From the NCBI RefSeq assembly GCF_000008665.1, contig NC_000917.1:1350001-1382000 (forward strand): 32,000 nucleotides of DNA, in the 5' to 3' direction. This document shows positions 1 to 8,537 of this stretch, piece after piece. The notes below the pieces were generated by a model. The model was not told the DNA's origin. It saw only the letters and a list, made by a program, of their open reading frames with translations, and made no database searches. The stretch is from Archaeoglobus fulgidus DSM 4304 (GTDB lineage Archaea; Halobacteriota; Archaeoglobi; Archaeoglobales; Archaeoglobaceae). Within the stretch, counting starts at the first letter, position 1, and each line of letters opens with the position of its first letter. Position numbers and translations under genes: made by a program.

Positions 1-168
1 TTAATTTTTTGTAAAAATTTAAAATTTTTAGATATATTTCTTTTCTGCGATTTTCATTTTTCCCTCATCCCAACATTGCATCAACATCTTAACTTCGTTC
101 CCATTTAGGGGCTTGCAGACATCACATGTTTGAGAAAATATTGTTCTGATGGAAGTTCGATAGAAAAG

Positions 169-217
169 TATATATATACCTAATACTAAATTTTGTATCG
201 AAAAGAGATAGGAGGTG
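169..217 (+). promoter_or_regulatory. Promoter and Shine-Dalgarno region of the histone gene
   Basis: TATA-like element 'gtatatatatacc' at about 169-180 and SD 'aggaggtg' at about 210-217, 7 nt before ATG 224. Confidence 0.65.
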
Positions 218-223
218 TGTTGG

Positions 224-427
224 ATGGCTGAGTTGCCGATGGCACCGGTTGACAGATTGATTAGGAAGGCTGGGGCTGAGAGAGTAAGTGCAGATGCAGT
301 GGAAAAGATGGTCGAAGTGCTTGAGGACTACGCAATTACCGTTGCTAAGAAAGCTGTGGAAATTGCGAAGCACTCTGGCAGAAAGACCGTCACTGCGGAC
401 GACATTAAGCTCGCTCTCTCGATGTAA
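224..427 (+). CDS. Archaeal histone
   Basis: [67 protein letters not shown] is a full histone fold. ATG 224 is preferred over the in-frame GTG at 215 because it follows the SD. Confidence 0.95.
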   Translation: MAELPMAPVDRLIRKAGAERVSADAVEKMVEVLEDYAITVAKKAVEIAKHSGRKTVTADDIKLALSM

Positions 428-452
428 AAATTTTAAATTTACCTTAAATTTT

Positions 453-1160
453 TTAGACGACTTCAAAAGCGTTTTCGAAGATTTCCTGATGCTCGTGGGG
501 CTTGACCAGAAATTCTAGCTTTTCTATGGTGTAAACGAGGTCGTACATGTCCCCCTTAACATCCAGCACGTTTTTGGGTTTCGCAAACCTTATTTCTGGA
601 GCATCATCGTAGTTCCTGTTTCTGACCCACTCCCCGTTGATGTAGTAGTAGCAAGCGCCCCTCCTCTTCGTGTAGGGTTCGTAGATGGAGCTGAAGTTCC
701 TGCACACCCAGTTTGCGGTGATTAAATCGCTCTCAGTCGGGTTAATGGTCACGTGACCGTAGTTTGGTGGAATTATTACTGTGTCCCACTTCTTCCCCTC
801 AACGACTATCACATCCTCGATTTTTCCGTTTGAAGGCTTTTGCAGTATGAAAAGGGCCTCTCCCTCAAGCACCTGGTAAACTTCAGGATAGGTAAAGCCC
901 CTTACAACTTCCGGATGATAGTGGCCGTAAGTTTTAATGCTCTCTCCACCTATGTTGTTTGGCGGTATAACCGTGTAGTCGTATCTCAGCCCTGCATTTC
1001 TGATAATCTCCGCCTCCTCGTCTGTTTTGAAGGAATCCCTGAACATGTAGTAAGCGTCAAAATCTTCCTTAAGTGCTTCGGGAAAAGCAAGAACGGGTTT
1101 TAAATCAGAGGCTTTTCTAACCTCTGACTGAAAAACCTTCTTTCCGAAAACAAACTCCAT
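453..1160 (-). CDS. pgiA: Cupin-type glucose-6-phosphate isomerase
   Basis: 235 aa with cupin motif region 'GESIKTYGHYHPE...YQVLEGEALFIL' and '...VIIPPNYGHVTINPTES', typical of euryarchaeal cPGI. Confidence 0.92.
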   Translation of the reverse strand: MEFVFGKKVFQSEVRKASDLKPVLAFPEALKEDFDAYYMFRDSFKTDEEAEIIRNAGLRYDYTVIPPNNIGGESIKTYGHYHPEVVRGFTYPEVYQVLEGEALFILQKPSNGKIEDVIVVEGKKWDTVIIPPNYGHVTINPTESDLITANWVCRNFSSIYEPYTKRRGACYYYINGEWVRNRNYDDAPEIRFAKPKNVLDVKGDMYDLVYTIEKLEFLVKPHEHQEIFENAFEVV

Positions 1161-1233
1161 GATTAAAAAAAGAGCCGGATGTATTTAAAGCTTGTTCAGA
1201 AAGGTATTATAGCAGGTTGTGTGAAGAATTAAC

Positions 1234-1647
1234 ATGAAATACAGATTCATAGACCACACCGCAGACATAGCCTTCGAGGTTTACGGTTCAAACTTGAGGG
1301 AGTTATTCGAGAATGCTGCTCTCGCCTTTTATGATGCTTTTGTTGACACATCAGGAATTGGAATAGAAAGGGAAGTTGGGGTTGAGTGCGAGGGGGAGGA
1401 TGTGGAGATCACGCTTTACAGATGGCTGAACGAGCTGCTCTACCTCTTTGACACCGAATTCTTCGCCGCAAAGGATGTGGAGGTTGAGGTTGAGGAGGGT
1501 GATGGGGTCAAGGCGTCGGGAAAGCTCAGGGGAGGGAGGTTCAGCGCCGAAATGGTCAAGGTTGAGCCCAAGGCGATAACTCTGCACAAGTTCAGAGTGG
1601 AGAAAACAGATAAGGGATACGTTGCTTTCGTCGTTGTGGACATATGA
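1234..1647 (+). CDS. Archease (RtcB ligase cofactor family)
   Basis: MKYRFIDHTADIAFEVYG... TLYRWLNELLYLFDTE... VKAITLHKF-type pattern; the DHTAD N-terminus and the conserved C-terminal region are diagnostic. Confidence 0.93.
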   Translation: MKYRFIDHTADIAFEVYGSNLRELFENAALAFYDAFVDTSGIGIEREVGVECEGEDVEITLYRWLNELLYLFDTEFFAAKDVEVEVEEGDGVKASGKLRGGRFSAEMVKVEPKAITLHKFRVEKTDKGYVAFVVVDI

Positions 1648-2705
1648 AGGAAATCTATCTTCCCCTGCACCACGGAAAGGCACCTCACTGGCTGCTCAGC
1701 AGAATGAAAAAGCTGGCAAAGCCCATAGTCAAGCTAATAGTCCTCGAATACGGAGAAAGGGAGTTTCTCGAAAGGCTTTCCAATCCTATATTCTTCCAGT
1801 CTCTTTCAAACGTCCTCGGATTTGATTGGAATTCAAGTGGTGTTACGACGGTCCTTACAGGAGTTCTGAAAGCGGTAATCAACAACGAGGAATTCGACAT
1901 AAGGATTGCAGGGGGCAAGGGAGGCAATGCTCTCAAAACACCAGAGGAGATTATGAATTACTCTGAGCAGATCGGGGCTGATGGGGAAAAGCTGGTTGAG
2001 TTCAGCAGGCTGGCGGCAAAGGCTGACAACGCTGCTCTCATCGACGGCTACTCCCTCTACCATCACGCGGTAATATTCACGCCGAGGTACTTCACCGTCA
2101 TTCAGCAGGGGATGAACGAGACTGAAAGAATGGCTCGCAGATACCACTGGAACGTTTACTCAAGCGTTCCCGAGCTGGAAAACGTGCACGAAGGAATCAT
2201 TACCGAGAGAAGAGAAAATGAAGTTGTGAACATGCTCTCCGACATCAGCAGAGATGCTAAAAGGCTCTGTGTTGATATTGTCAGGGACGGAAGTTTCAGG
2301 AGGGACTACGAGCGGATGATTTCGGTTTTGAGGTGGAGAAAAGGGCTGAGAGTCCCTAAAAAGCTCGACTGGAAAGTGGTTGAGAGGGCCTACAACCTAC
2401 AGCCGGAGCGGTTCGAGGAGTTGCTTTTGATTAGGGGCTTTGGGAGAGAGACGATTCGAGCTCTCGCCCTTGTTGCTGAGATTATTTACAACACTGAGTA
2501 CGACAAGACTGATCCGGCAAAGTACTGCTTTGCTGTTGGCGGTAAGGACGGAGTGCCCTTTCCGGTAAGAAGGGACATTTACGATGAAATTATTGAGTTC
2601 ATGCGCGAGACTGTTAAGCAGGCCGAAATCGGCGATTTTGAAAAGAAAAAGATGCTGGAGAGGCTGAGCAGATATGGATGTGATTGTCAGGAAAGGCGAG
2701 ATTAG
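1644..2705 (+). CDS. DUF763 family protein
   Basis: 353 aa, 'LPLHHGKAPHWLLSRM...GVTTVLTGVLKAVIN...IRIAGGKGGNALKTPEE'. ATGA overlap with archease indicates an operon. Confidence 0.8.
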   Translation: MKEIYLPLHHGKAPHWLLSRMKKLAKPIVKLIVLEYGEREFLERLSNPIFFQSLSNVLGFDWNSSGVTTVLTGVLKAVINNEEFDIRIAGGKGGNALKTPEEIMNYSEQIGADGEKLVEFSRLAAKADNAALIDGYSLYHHAVIFTPRYFTVIQQGMNETERMARRYHWNVYSSVPELENVHEGIITERRENEVVNMLSDISRDAKRLCVDIVRDGSFRRDYERMISVLRWRKGLRVPKKLDWKVVERAYNLQPERFEELLLIRGFGRETIRALALVAEIIYNTEYDKTDPAKYCFAVGGKDGVPFPVRRDIYDEIIEFMRETVKQAEIGDFEKKKMLERLSRYGCDCQERRD

Positions 2706-3924
2706 AGGGAAGGCGAAACCGCCCGCCTCCAAAAGCTACACGCACAGAGCGTTCATAGCTGCATCCCTCTCCCCATCGGCAAGAGTTGTGAATCCGCTAA
2801 TCTCCGAGGACACGATTTCCACGCTCAATGCATGTAAGAGAATTGGAGCGGCTGTGCTAAAAAAAGGAAACGAGTGGCTTTTCAGCGGAGTTGATGGTGT
2901 TGAAGCTGAAGGGTACTTCAACTTCGCGAACTCGGGAACGACCTTGAGAATTTTCACAGGTCTTCTCTCCCTGTCGCCCTTCAGAAGCGTTGTTGATGGC
3001 GACGAGTCTCTGAGGAAGAGGCCAAACGGGGAGCTTGTGCTCGCACTCTCCAAACTCGGTGCAAGGTTCAAGGGTAGGGAGCCTTACACACCACCCTTCT
3101 CGGTTCAGGGGGTGATTAAGGGAGGAGAGGTGGAGATTGAAGCTCCGAGCTCACAGTTCGTCTCTTCCCTCCTCTTTGCGCTGTCGCTGGCTGAGGGCGA
3201 TTCTTCGCTTAGGGTGGAGAAGGTGAAATCACAGCCATACATAGACGTGACTCTCGACGTTCTCAGGGAGAGCGGCGTTAAGGTTGAGAGAGAGGGGAAT
3301 TTTTACCACATACCCGGCTCACAGAGCTTCAAGCTGCGGAGATATGACGTCCCGGCGGACTTCTCTTCTGCAAGCTACCTCATCGCTGCTGGTTTGATTG
3401 CAGGAGAGGTCGTTCTGGAGGGCATGTTCGAGTCCGCTCAGGGCGACAGAAAAATTGTCGACATCTGCAGGGAAATGGGTGGCAGCGTGGAGTGGGATAA
3501 AAAGAGAGGTGTCATCAGAGCGGAGAGGTCGGAGCTGGAGGGCGTTGAGGTTGACGCTTCTGACATCCCCGACCTCGTGCCAACAATCGCCGTTCTGGCT
3601 GCTGTGGCCAAAGGAAAAACGAGAATTTACAACGCCGAGCACCTGAGGATAAAGGAGATAGACAGGATAGAGGGAATCCATCAGAACCTGAAGGCCTTGG
3701 GTGTTGAGTCGAAACCCCTGAAGGATGGATTAATCATAAAAGGGGGCAAGGGGGAGTTCAGGGGAGTGGTGGACTCATTCGGAGACCACAGAATGGCCCT
3801 TGCCTTCTCACTCCTCGGCCTTCTCGGGGAGGTGAAATGCAGGAATGCGGAGGTCGTTTCTGTCTCGTTTCCGGGCTACTTCAGAGTGCTTGAGTCCTTG
3901 GGAGCCAGCGTAATCAGACTCTGA
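2674..3924 (+). CDS. aroA: 3-phosphoshikimate 1-carboxyvinyltransferase (EPSP synthase)
   Basis: KPPASKSYTHRAFIAASL, NFANSGTTLRIF, DGDESLRKRPNGELV, LRIKEIDRIEG, FGDHRMALAFSLLGL motifs. Overlaps the upstream ORF by 32 nt. Confidence 0.96.
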   Translation: MDVIVRKGEIRGKAKPPASKSYTHRAFIAASLSPSARVVNPLISEDTISTLNACKRIGAAVLKKGNEWLFSGVDGVEAEGYFNFANSGTTLRIFTGLLSLSPFRSVVDGDESLRKRPNGELVLALSKLGARFKGREPYTPPFSVQGVIKGGEVEIEAPSSQFVSSLLFALSLAEGDSSLRVEKVKSQPYIDVTLDVLRESGVKVEREGNFYHIPGSQSFKLRRYDVPADFSSASYLIAAGLIAGEVVLEGMFESAQGDRKIVDICREMGGSVEWDKKRGVIRAERSELEGVEVDASDIPDLVPTIAVLAAVAKGKTRIYNAEHLRIKEIDRIEGIHQNLKALGVESKPLKDGLIIKGGKGEFRGVVDSFGDHRMALAFSLLGLLGEVKCRNAEVVSVSFPGYFRVLESLGASVIRL

Positions 3925-4744
3925 CGTACTTCCCGTCTTCTTTTCTTACCCTCCCTTCCATTTCGAGCTTTTCGATGTGCTTCTCAATCATAACCCTCTC
4001 AAAGAAGTCCAGTATCTCCTTTGCGTAGGGCTTTCTCCCGTAAATGGGGGAAAGCTCGACGAGCTCATCCAAGCTCTTCGGTTCCTCAAGAAGACTTAGA
4101 ATTATCTCTTCCCTCTCTTTTATCTTCCTCTTGAACTCCAAGATTCTTCCCTCAGCCTCCTCCTTTCCGAATACTGGCTTCGAATGGGCCGACACGAAAA
4201 TCTCGAAGTCGATGTCGAGGAGCTTGTCCATTTCCCTCTCAAAGAGGTAGGGATCTGCTTCTGGATTCCCGTAGAAGGGTCCAAAGGAGGTTAAATCAAC
4301 ATCGGCCCCAAAAAGAACCTTCTGCTCGATCAGAAAAACGTGGTGGTCCATGGTGTGACCTTTAACGGGTACTGCAACTATTTCGGGCTCCTTTACAACA
4401 ACACCCTCCTCGTATCTTTCACACTCAAACTCCCTCAGCCCTGTGGCGGCGCTTATAAACCTCTTCCAGCTTTCTACCAAATCGGGTGCAACAAAGCGCC
4501 TTGCGAGGGTGTCGAGCGTAATCCTGCCCTCCGCAGGAGCCAGGACGTCTTTAAAGAGCCATGCACCACTGGAATGATCAGGGTGGAGGTGGGAAAGGAC
4601 TAGCAAGCTCGCGTTGACTTTCCTCATAACCTCAAGTCCTGCTCCGGCGTCGATAACCACATCCCCAACCACGACAACGTTGCAGTAGGGAAATCTCCCC
4701 CCGTTCATACCCTCGATAACTCTAACACCTCTCATTACTTCCAT
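3914..4744 (-). CDS. Metallo-beta-lactamase fold hydrolase with C-terminal winged-helix-like segment
   Basis: LSHLHPDHSSGAW motif, GHTMDHHVFLIEQKVLFGAD and a late HSKP. The internal ATG at 4744 (MEVMRGVRVIEG) is a more likely start than 4792, which would overlap the divergent gene. Confidence 0.82.
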   Translation of the reverse strand: MEVMRGVRVIEGMNGGRFPYCNVVVVGDVVIDAGAGLEVMRKVNASLLVLSHLHPDHSSGAWLFKDVLAPAEGRITLDTLARRFVAPDLVESWKRFISAATGLREFECERYEEGVVVKEPEIVAVPVKGHTMDHHVFLIEQKVLFGADVDLTSFGPFYGNPEADPYLFEREMDKLLDIDFEIFVSAHSKPVFGKEEAEGRILEFKRKIKEREEIILSLLEEPKSLDELVELSPIYGRKPYAKEILDFFERVMIEKHIEKLEMEGRVRKEDGKYVRV

Positions 4745-4763
4745 TGCATTCCCCAACAACTTA

Positions 4764-5537
4764 TTGTTGAAAACACTATCGAACGCGGCCAAGCAGTTGA
4801 AGAAGGAAAGGAGTCTGCTCGGAAACGCGTATATGGCTGCCCTTCTGTTCTACATTTCAGCTATCTTCGTTCCTGAGGCAATATGGCTTCTCTGGAGCTT
4901 CCCACACTGGGAAACCATGCATGTATGGAATTCTCTCAGCGAGATACCCACCGCCTATGTTACGGCTTTCATTTCTGGAGACGCTTTGCTCGCTGTAATC
5001 GGCTTCTGGGTTGCAGCAAAGCTAATAAGGTCCGGGAGAGATTACGCAGCCCACATCCAGTGGATAGCCGGATACTTCGCCTTTTTCTTCGTTTTGGCTC
5101 ACGGATGGGATGGAACGGGATGGCAGAGGTTCACTTGGGACCCCACGGTGACGGGCATGCCATGGGAGCCGGGGAGAACGATGTGGGTGGATTTTGCAAC
5201 GAGCAACGTTGCCATTACGCTTTACGCAATGGCCCTGCCGACGATAGTCCCGATGATTGCTGGAGGCTACATCTGGCTCAGGAACGGTCACATTCTTGCA
5301 GGTTTGGATGGGGCAAGAGCCTCCAGTTTGGCTGTGAAGGGAGTTGCTATATATCTCCTCGGAGTCTTCGTGGCTTTTCTGATGGCCGCGTGTGCGACAG
5401 TAATTTCGCTGCACCTCACCACGCAGGCAGGGATGCTGGTTGGAGTGATTGTCACAATTACCGTAGCCTACGCTCTGGCCTTCAGAAGGGGAGGAATTCT
5501 TCAAACCGCAATTTCTAGAGGATTTAACTTGACATAA
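4764..5537 (+). CDS. Multi-pass membrane protein of unknown function
   Basis: 257 aa with about six hydrophobic spans; conserved-looking HAG/Trp-rich segments (WETMHVWNSLSEIPTAY, VDFATSNVAITLY). Confidence 0.7.
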   Translation: MLKTLSNAAKQLKKERSLLGNAYMAALLFYISAIFVPEAIWLLWSFPHWETMHVWNSLSEIPTAYVTAFISGDALLAVIGFWVAAKLIRSGRDYAAHIQWIAGYFAFFFVLAHGWDGTGWQRFTWDPTVTGMPWEPGRTMWVDFATSNVAITLYAMALPTIVPMIAGGYIWLRNGHILAGLDGARASSLAVKGVAIYLLGVFVAFLMAACATVISLHLTTQAGMLVGVIVTITVAYALAFRRGGILQTAISRGFNLT

Positions 5538-5582
5538 CTTTTAAATAGTTATTTTTATAACACTTTTATTGCTGGTGATAAC

Positions 5583-5927
5583 ATGTTCGAAAACGTGATA
5601 GCCGATATGCTCAGTGTTAATGGTGTTAAAGGTGTGTACATCGTTGATGCTGAGGGGGCCCTGATCGAGGCCGAGTCGATTTTTTCTGACGATGATGAGG
5701 TCTATGCTGCCCTGATTGCCGACGCTTTTAACAAAGCCTCAGAAGTTTTGAGTAAAATATCCTCCGATGAGCCGGAGCTTTTGATGATAGACGGTAAAAA
5801 AGACCGGATTGTGGCTTCAAGGGCGGGGGACTTAATCTTCGGCATAATTGCCGACCAGAAAACCAATTATGGATTGCTGAAAATAGAAATCAAAAAGGCG
5901 GTTGAAAAAATAACGGCCATGGTGTAG
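5583..5927 (+). CDS. Roadblock/LC7 domain protein (MglB-like)
   Basis: 114 aa, 'IADMLSVNGVKGVYIVDAEGALIEA...LMIDGKKDRIVASRAGDLIFGIIADQKTNYGLLKIEIKKAVEKI' fits a standalone Roadblock fold. Confidence 0.8.
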   Translation: MFENVIADMLSVNGVKGVYIVDAEGALIEAESIFSDDDEVYAALIADAFNKASEVLSKISSDEPELLMIDGKKDRIVASRAGDLIFGIIADQKTNYGLLKIEIKKAVEKITAMV

Positions 5928-5931
5928 AGCT

Positions 5932-6675
5932 ATGATGATTCCGAAGGGAGAGGTAGTGGAGCTTGGCAAGAGGGGGAACTTCAGAGACATTCTTAAGGAA
6001 TTATCCGCTACGGGGTTTACCGGCTATTTGGAGGTCTCGTACAAAAAAGGAGAGCTTTCCAGGGCCAAGGTACTTTTTAGCAACGGTAAAATTGTTGCTG
6101 CCGGTATCAAGAGGGTGATAAGCAAAAGTGAAATCGTAGGAGAAAAGGCGCTTGAAGAGTTGCTCGGCCTTGAAAGCTGTGTTGTTGACGTCTACGCCCT
6201 CGATGAAGGAAAGGTGGCAAAGGCTCTCGAGTGGAACAGGAATGCTGTGGTGGAGCACCTCCCCGAAACGGAGGTTGAGGTAGAGGGTGGGCTGACAGAG
6301 GAGATTATAACCACCCCCGACGAGAGGGAAGCAATTCTCAAAAAGTACGGAATAAAAATGCCTTCCGAAGAAGAGATCGACCAGATAATCATGAACGCCC
6401 TCGATGGCAGCTACGATGTCATTGCCGCCACAACCTCTGCTCCCGGCGATTTCGAATCCCTCAAGAATTCGCTTATAAGCACGGCCGAGCTTTATCTCGG
6501 AAAAATGTCCAAGAAGGTTGTTGATGTGATAAACGACTGCAAGTCGGCTGAGGAGCTTGTGGAGAGGTTTGACGAAATTAGAAGCGCTGCAAAATCTTTG
6601 GTCATTTTCATCCCGAGGAAAAAAATAGATGAGATGCTCTCCGAAATGGAGAGGCTAATCGGGGAGAGTATTTAA
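5932..6675 (+). CDS. PATAN/DUF4388-like or DUF2226-like signalling protein
   Basis: N-terminal 'GNFRDILKELSATGFTGYLEVSYKKGELSRAKVLFSNGKIVAAGIKR' matches the F-x-G-x-L...L-F-x-x-G-x-I-V-x-A pattern. The C-terminal helical region is acidic. Only 4 nt separate it from the Roadblock ORF. Confidence 0.65.
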   Translation: MMIPKGEVVELGKRGNFRDILKELSATGFTGYLEVSYKKGELSRAKVLFSNGKIVAAGIKRVISKSEIVGEKALEELLGLESCVVDVYALDEGKVAKALEWNRNAVVEHLPETEVEVEGGLTEEIITTPDEREAILKKYGIKMPSEEEIDQIIMNALDGSYDVIAATTSAPGDFESLKNSLISTAELYLGKMSKKVVDVINDCKSAEELVERFDEIRSAAKSLVIFIPRKKIDEMLSEMERLIGESI

Positions 6676-6878
6676 CCCTCTTTTTCAAGCCTTTCCTCGA
6701 CTATTTCGACATACTCCCTAAGCTCCTTGTTCATTTTCAGAACGCTGAGAATTTCCTTGTAGTTTGAGTCGTCCACGTCATCGTAGCCCAAACTTTCCAT
6801 TGCCTTGTTCAGGAAGATTTTTGCGATCGGCCCGATTTCCTTTTTGAGCTCATCTAAAAGTTTTTTGTAGGTTATCAT
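6672..6878 (-). CDS. Small helical protein of unknown function, co-operonic with the HAMP receptor
   Basis: 68 aa with 'KKEIGPIAKIFLNKAMESLG'. 4-nt overlap with the upstream receptor ORF, and 4-nt convergent overlap with the 5932-6675 gene. Confidence 0.7.
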   Translation of the reverse strand: MITYKKLLDELKKEIGPIAKIFLNKAMESLGYDDVDDSNYKEILSVLKMNKELREYVEIVEERLEKEG

Positions 6879-7891
6879 TTCAGTGCCTCCTCAAGGCTCT
6901 CCATGGCGACCTTGAGGCTCCTTCTCAGCCTTTCGATACTCTTTGCAAGAATACCGATTTCATCAGCCCTGTTCTGGTGCGGAACCTCAGCCTCAAGGTT
7001 TCCTTCGGCAATCTTGTCGGCAGTGTTGCTCAGCTCGATTATGGGTCTCGTAATGGTCGAGGTTGTGAACACCGCCAGAACGATGACGAAAACTATAGCA
7101 ATTGCCGCTGCAATACCCAAAGCGTAGTAAACCTGCTGAATTGCACCCTCAACACTCTTGCTTATCTCACTGGCGATGTTCTCTGCAGGATTGGCGGGGT
7201 TCTGGGTGAGGTACTGGAAGTAACCGTCGATGTAGGCTGAGGTTCCCACAACAACCCACAGCTGACCCTTGGAAATCGGGTCATAGACCTTTATGGTCGT
7301 GGGATAGTGGCAGAGATATTTCGGAATTTCTTCCTTTTCAGGTGTTTCGGGGTCATCCCAGTGGTAATAGCCACAAACCGGCTTTGGAGCTTCAGGGTTT
7401 TCGGTTATTTTGAGGAGCAGGTTGTAAAGCTCAGGCATTGTTTCGTTCCATCTCAGCATCGCAACGTCAACACCAAGGTACTTTTCGTACTGTCCGGTGA
7501 AGGCGGGATGCGTTAGGATAACTGCCACATCCCTACCCGCAACTTTGTTACCAGCACCAACCCAGGTGTACTCCTTCGCACCCCAGCGTTGTGCTCCAAG
7601 ACTTCTGAACTTCGGGTCTTGAATTAAGTCAAAGGTTGTGAGCATGGTTTTGTTCTCGAGTTTCATCTTTGCCTCAATGTAGGTCTGAACTGCCAAGGCC
7701 AAATCCTGTGCCTTCATCCTGACAGCTTCCTCACCGGCCTTGGTCAGGTATTCCTGGCTGACTGTTGTAACGCCCTGCTTCGCCTCTTCAGCAGAGGATG
7801 TCATCCCAGCTATGGTAAGATAACCAAGAACGCTCAGGGGCACAAGGCTTGCAACAACCACTATCAAAACAATTTGGGGCGTCAACTTCAT
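6875..7891 (-). CDS. Orphan transmembrane receptor: extracellular Cache-like domain, TM and terminal HAMP domain (matches Af1503)
   Basis: N-terminal TM (VLIVVVASLVPLSVLGYLTIAG), extracellular 'HPAFTGQYEKYLGVDVA', second TM, then HAMP 'TITRPIIELSNTADKIAEGNLEAEVPHQNRADEIGILAKSIERLRRSLKVAMESLEEALK'. The ORF ends right after HAMP. Confidence 0.93.
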   Translation of the reverse strand: MKLTPQIVLIVVVASLVPLSVLGYLTIAGMTSSAEEAKQGVTTVSQEYLTKAGEEAVRMKAQDLALAVQTYIEAKMKLENKTMLTTFDLIQDPKFRSLGAQRWGAKEYTWVGAGNKVAGRDVAVILTHPAFTGQYEKYLGVDVAMLRWNETMPELYNLLLKITENPEAPKPVCGYYHWDDPETPEKEEIPKYLCHYPTTIKVYDPISKGQLWVVVGTSAYIDGYFQYLTQNPANPAENIASEISKSVEGAIQQVYYALGIAAAIAIVFVIVLAVFTTSTITRPIIELSNTADKIAEGNLEAEVPHQNRADEIGILAKSIERLRRSLKVAMESLEEALK

Positions 7892-8493
7892 CTCCTAACC
7901 ACCTCCACAAAGTCGTTAACCTTAACACCAAGCTTCTCCCTAACCCACGTGGGGACAACAATAAATCCCTCCTTGGAGTAGGGTAAAACCCTCAGGTTCA
8001 CGGTTCCATTTTTCTTAACGCTCACGTACTCACCCTCTTTGACGCCAATGGCGTTCATGATGTCCTCCGCCAGAAAAGCAACGTCGCTTCCCTCATAATC
8101 GTACTTTTGTGTGAAGGTGAGGTCAACACCAACCTTCGTCTTTGCCGCACCCGTTATGGTTGATATTGTTTTTTCAATTTCTTTTTCGGCTTTTGAGACC
8201 TCTTCCTCGACCGAGGCTATTTCCTGCCTGACGTCATTAACTGTTTTCTTGGCCTCAACCTGTCCTGTTGACCCTTTCTCCCTCAGATACCTCCCTATTT
8301 CTATGATCATCTGTTCTGGTGGAAGCTTCACGAACTCTTCCAGAACATCATCGGGTATTATTCCTTTATAAACTTCTCTAATCTCGTAGGATTTTAACTT
8401 TGCTTCAAGCTCCTTGACTTTTTCTTGAAGTTCTCTGATAATAGCCTCTTTCTCTGCCAGCAATTTTTGACATTCGTCGTCCATGTACAACAC
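7888..8493 (-). CDS. Coiled-coil protein with C-terminal AbrB/SpoVT-like segment
   Basis: 201 aa, N-terminal heptad region 'CQKLLAEKEAIIRELQEKVKELEAKLKSY', C-terminal 'GFIVVPTWVREKLGVKVNDFVEVVRR' resembling swapped-hairpin AbrB. 4-nt overlap with the receptor gene. Confidence 0.65.
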   Translation of the reverse strand: MLYMDDECQKLLAEKEAIIRELQEKVKELEAKLKSYEIREVYKGIIPDDVLEEFVKLPPEQMIIEIGRYLREKGSTGQVEAKKTVNDVRQEIASVEEEVSKAEKEIEKTISTITGAAKTKVGVDLTFTQKYDYEGSDVAFLAEDIMNAIGVKEGEYVSVKKNGTVNLRVLPYSKEGFIVVPTWVREKLGVKVNDFVEVVRR

Positions 8494-8537
8494 CTCCTAA
8501 TAATTGTAATGTGTTTGGTGGTCTTCAAATAAAAACT

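Noticed and set aside
122-466. 114-aa minus-strand ORF over the histone gene
   Set aside because: Antisense of an unambiguous histone gene; composition is not protein-like.
1622-1825. 67-aa plus-strand ORF overlapping archease and DUF763 ends
   Set aside because: Out of frame with both overlapping real genes; basic low-complexity translation.
4883-5518. 211-aa plus-strand ORF in another frame of the membrane protein gene, plus the 160-aa antisense ORF 5022-5504
   Set aside because: Arg/Cys/Ser-rich shadow frames of a GC-rich hydrophobic gene; the 4764-5537 frame has coherent TM segments.
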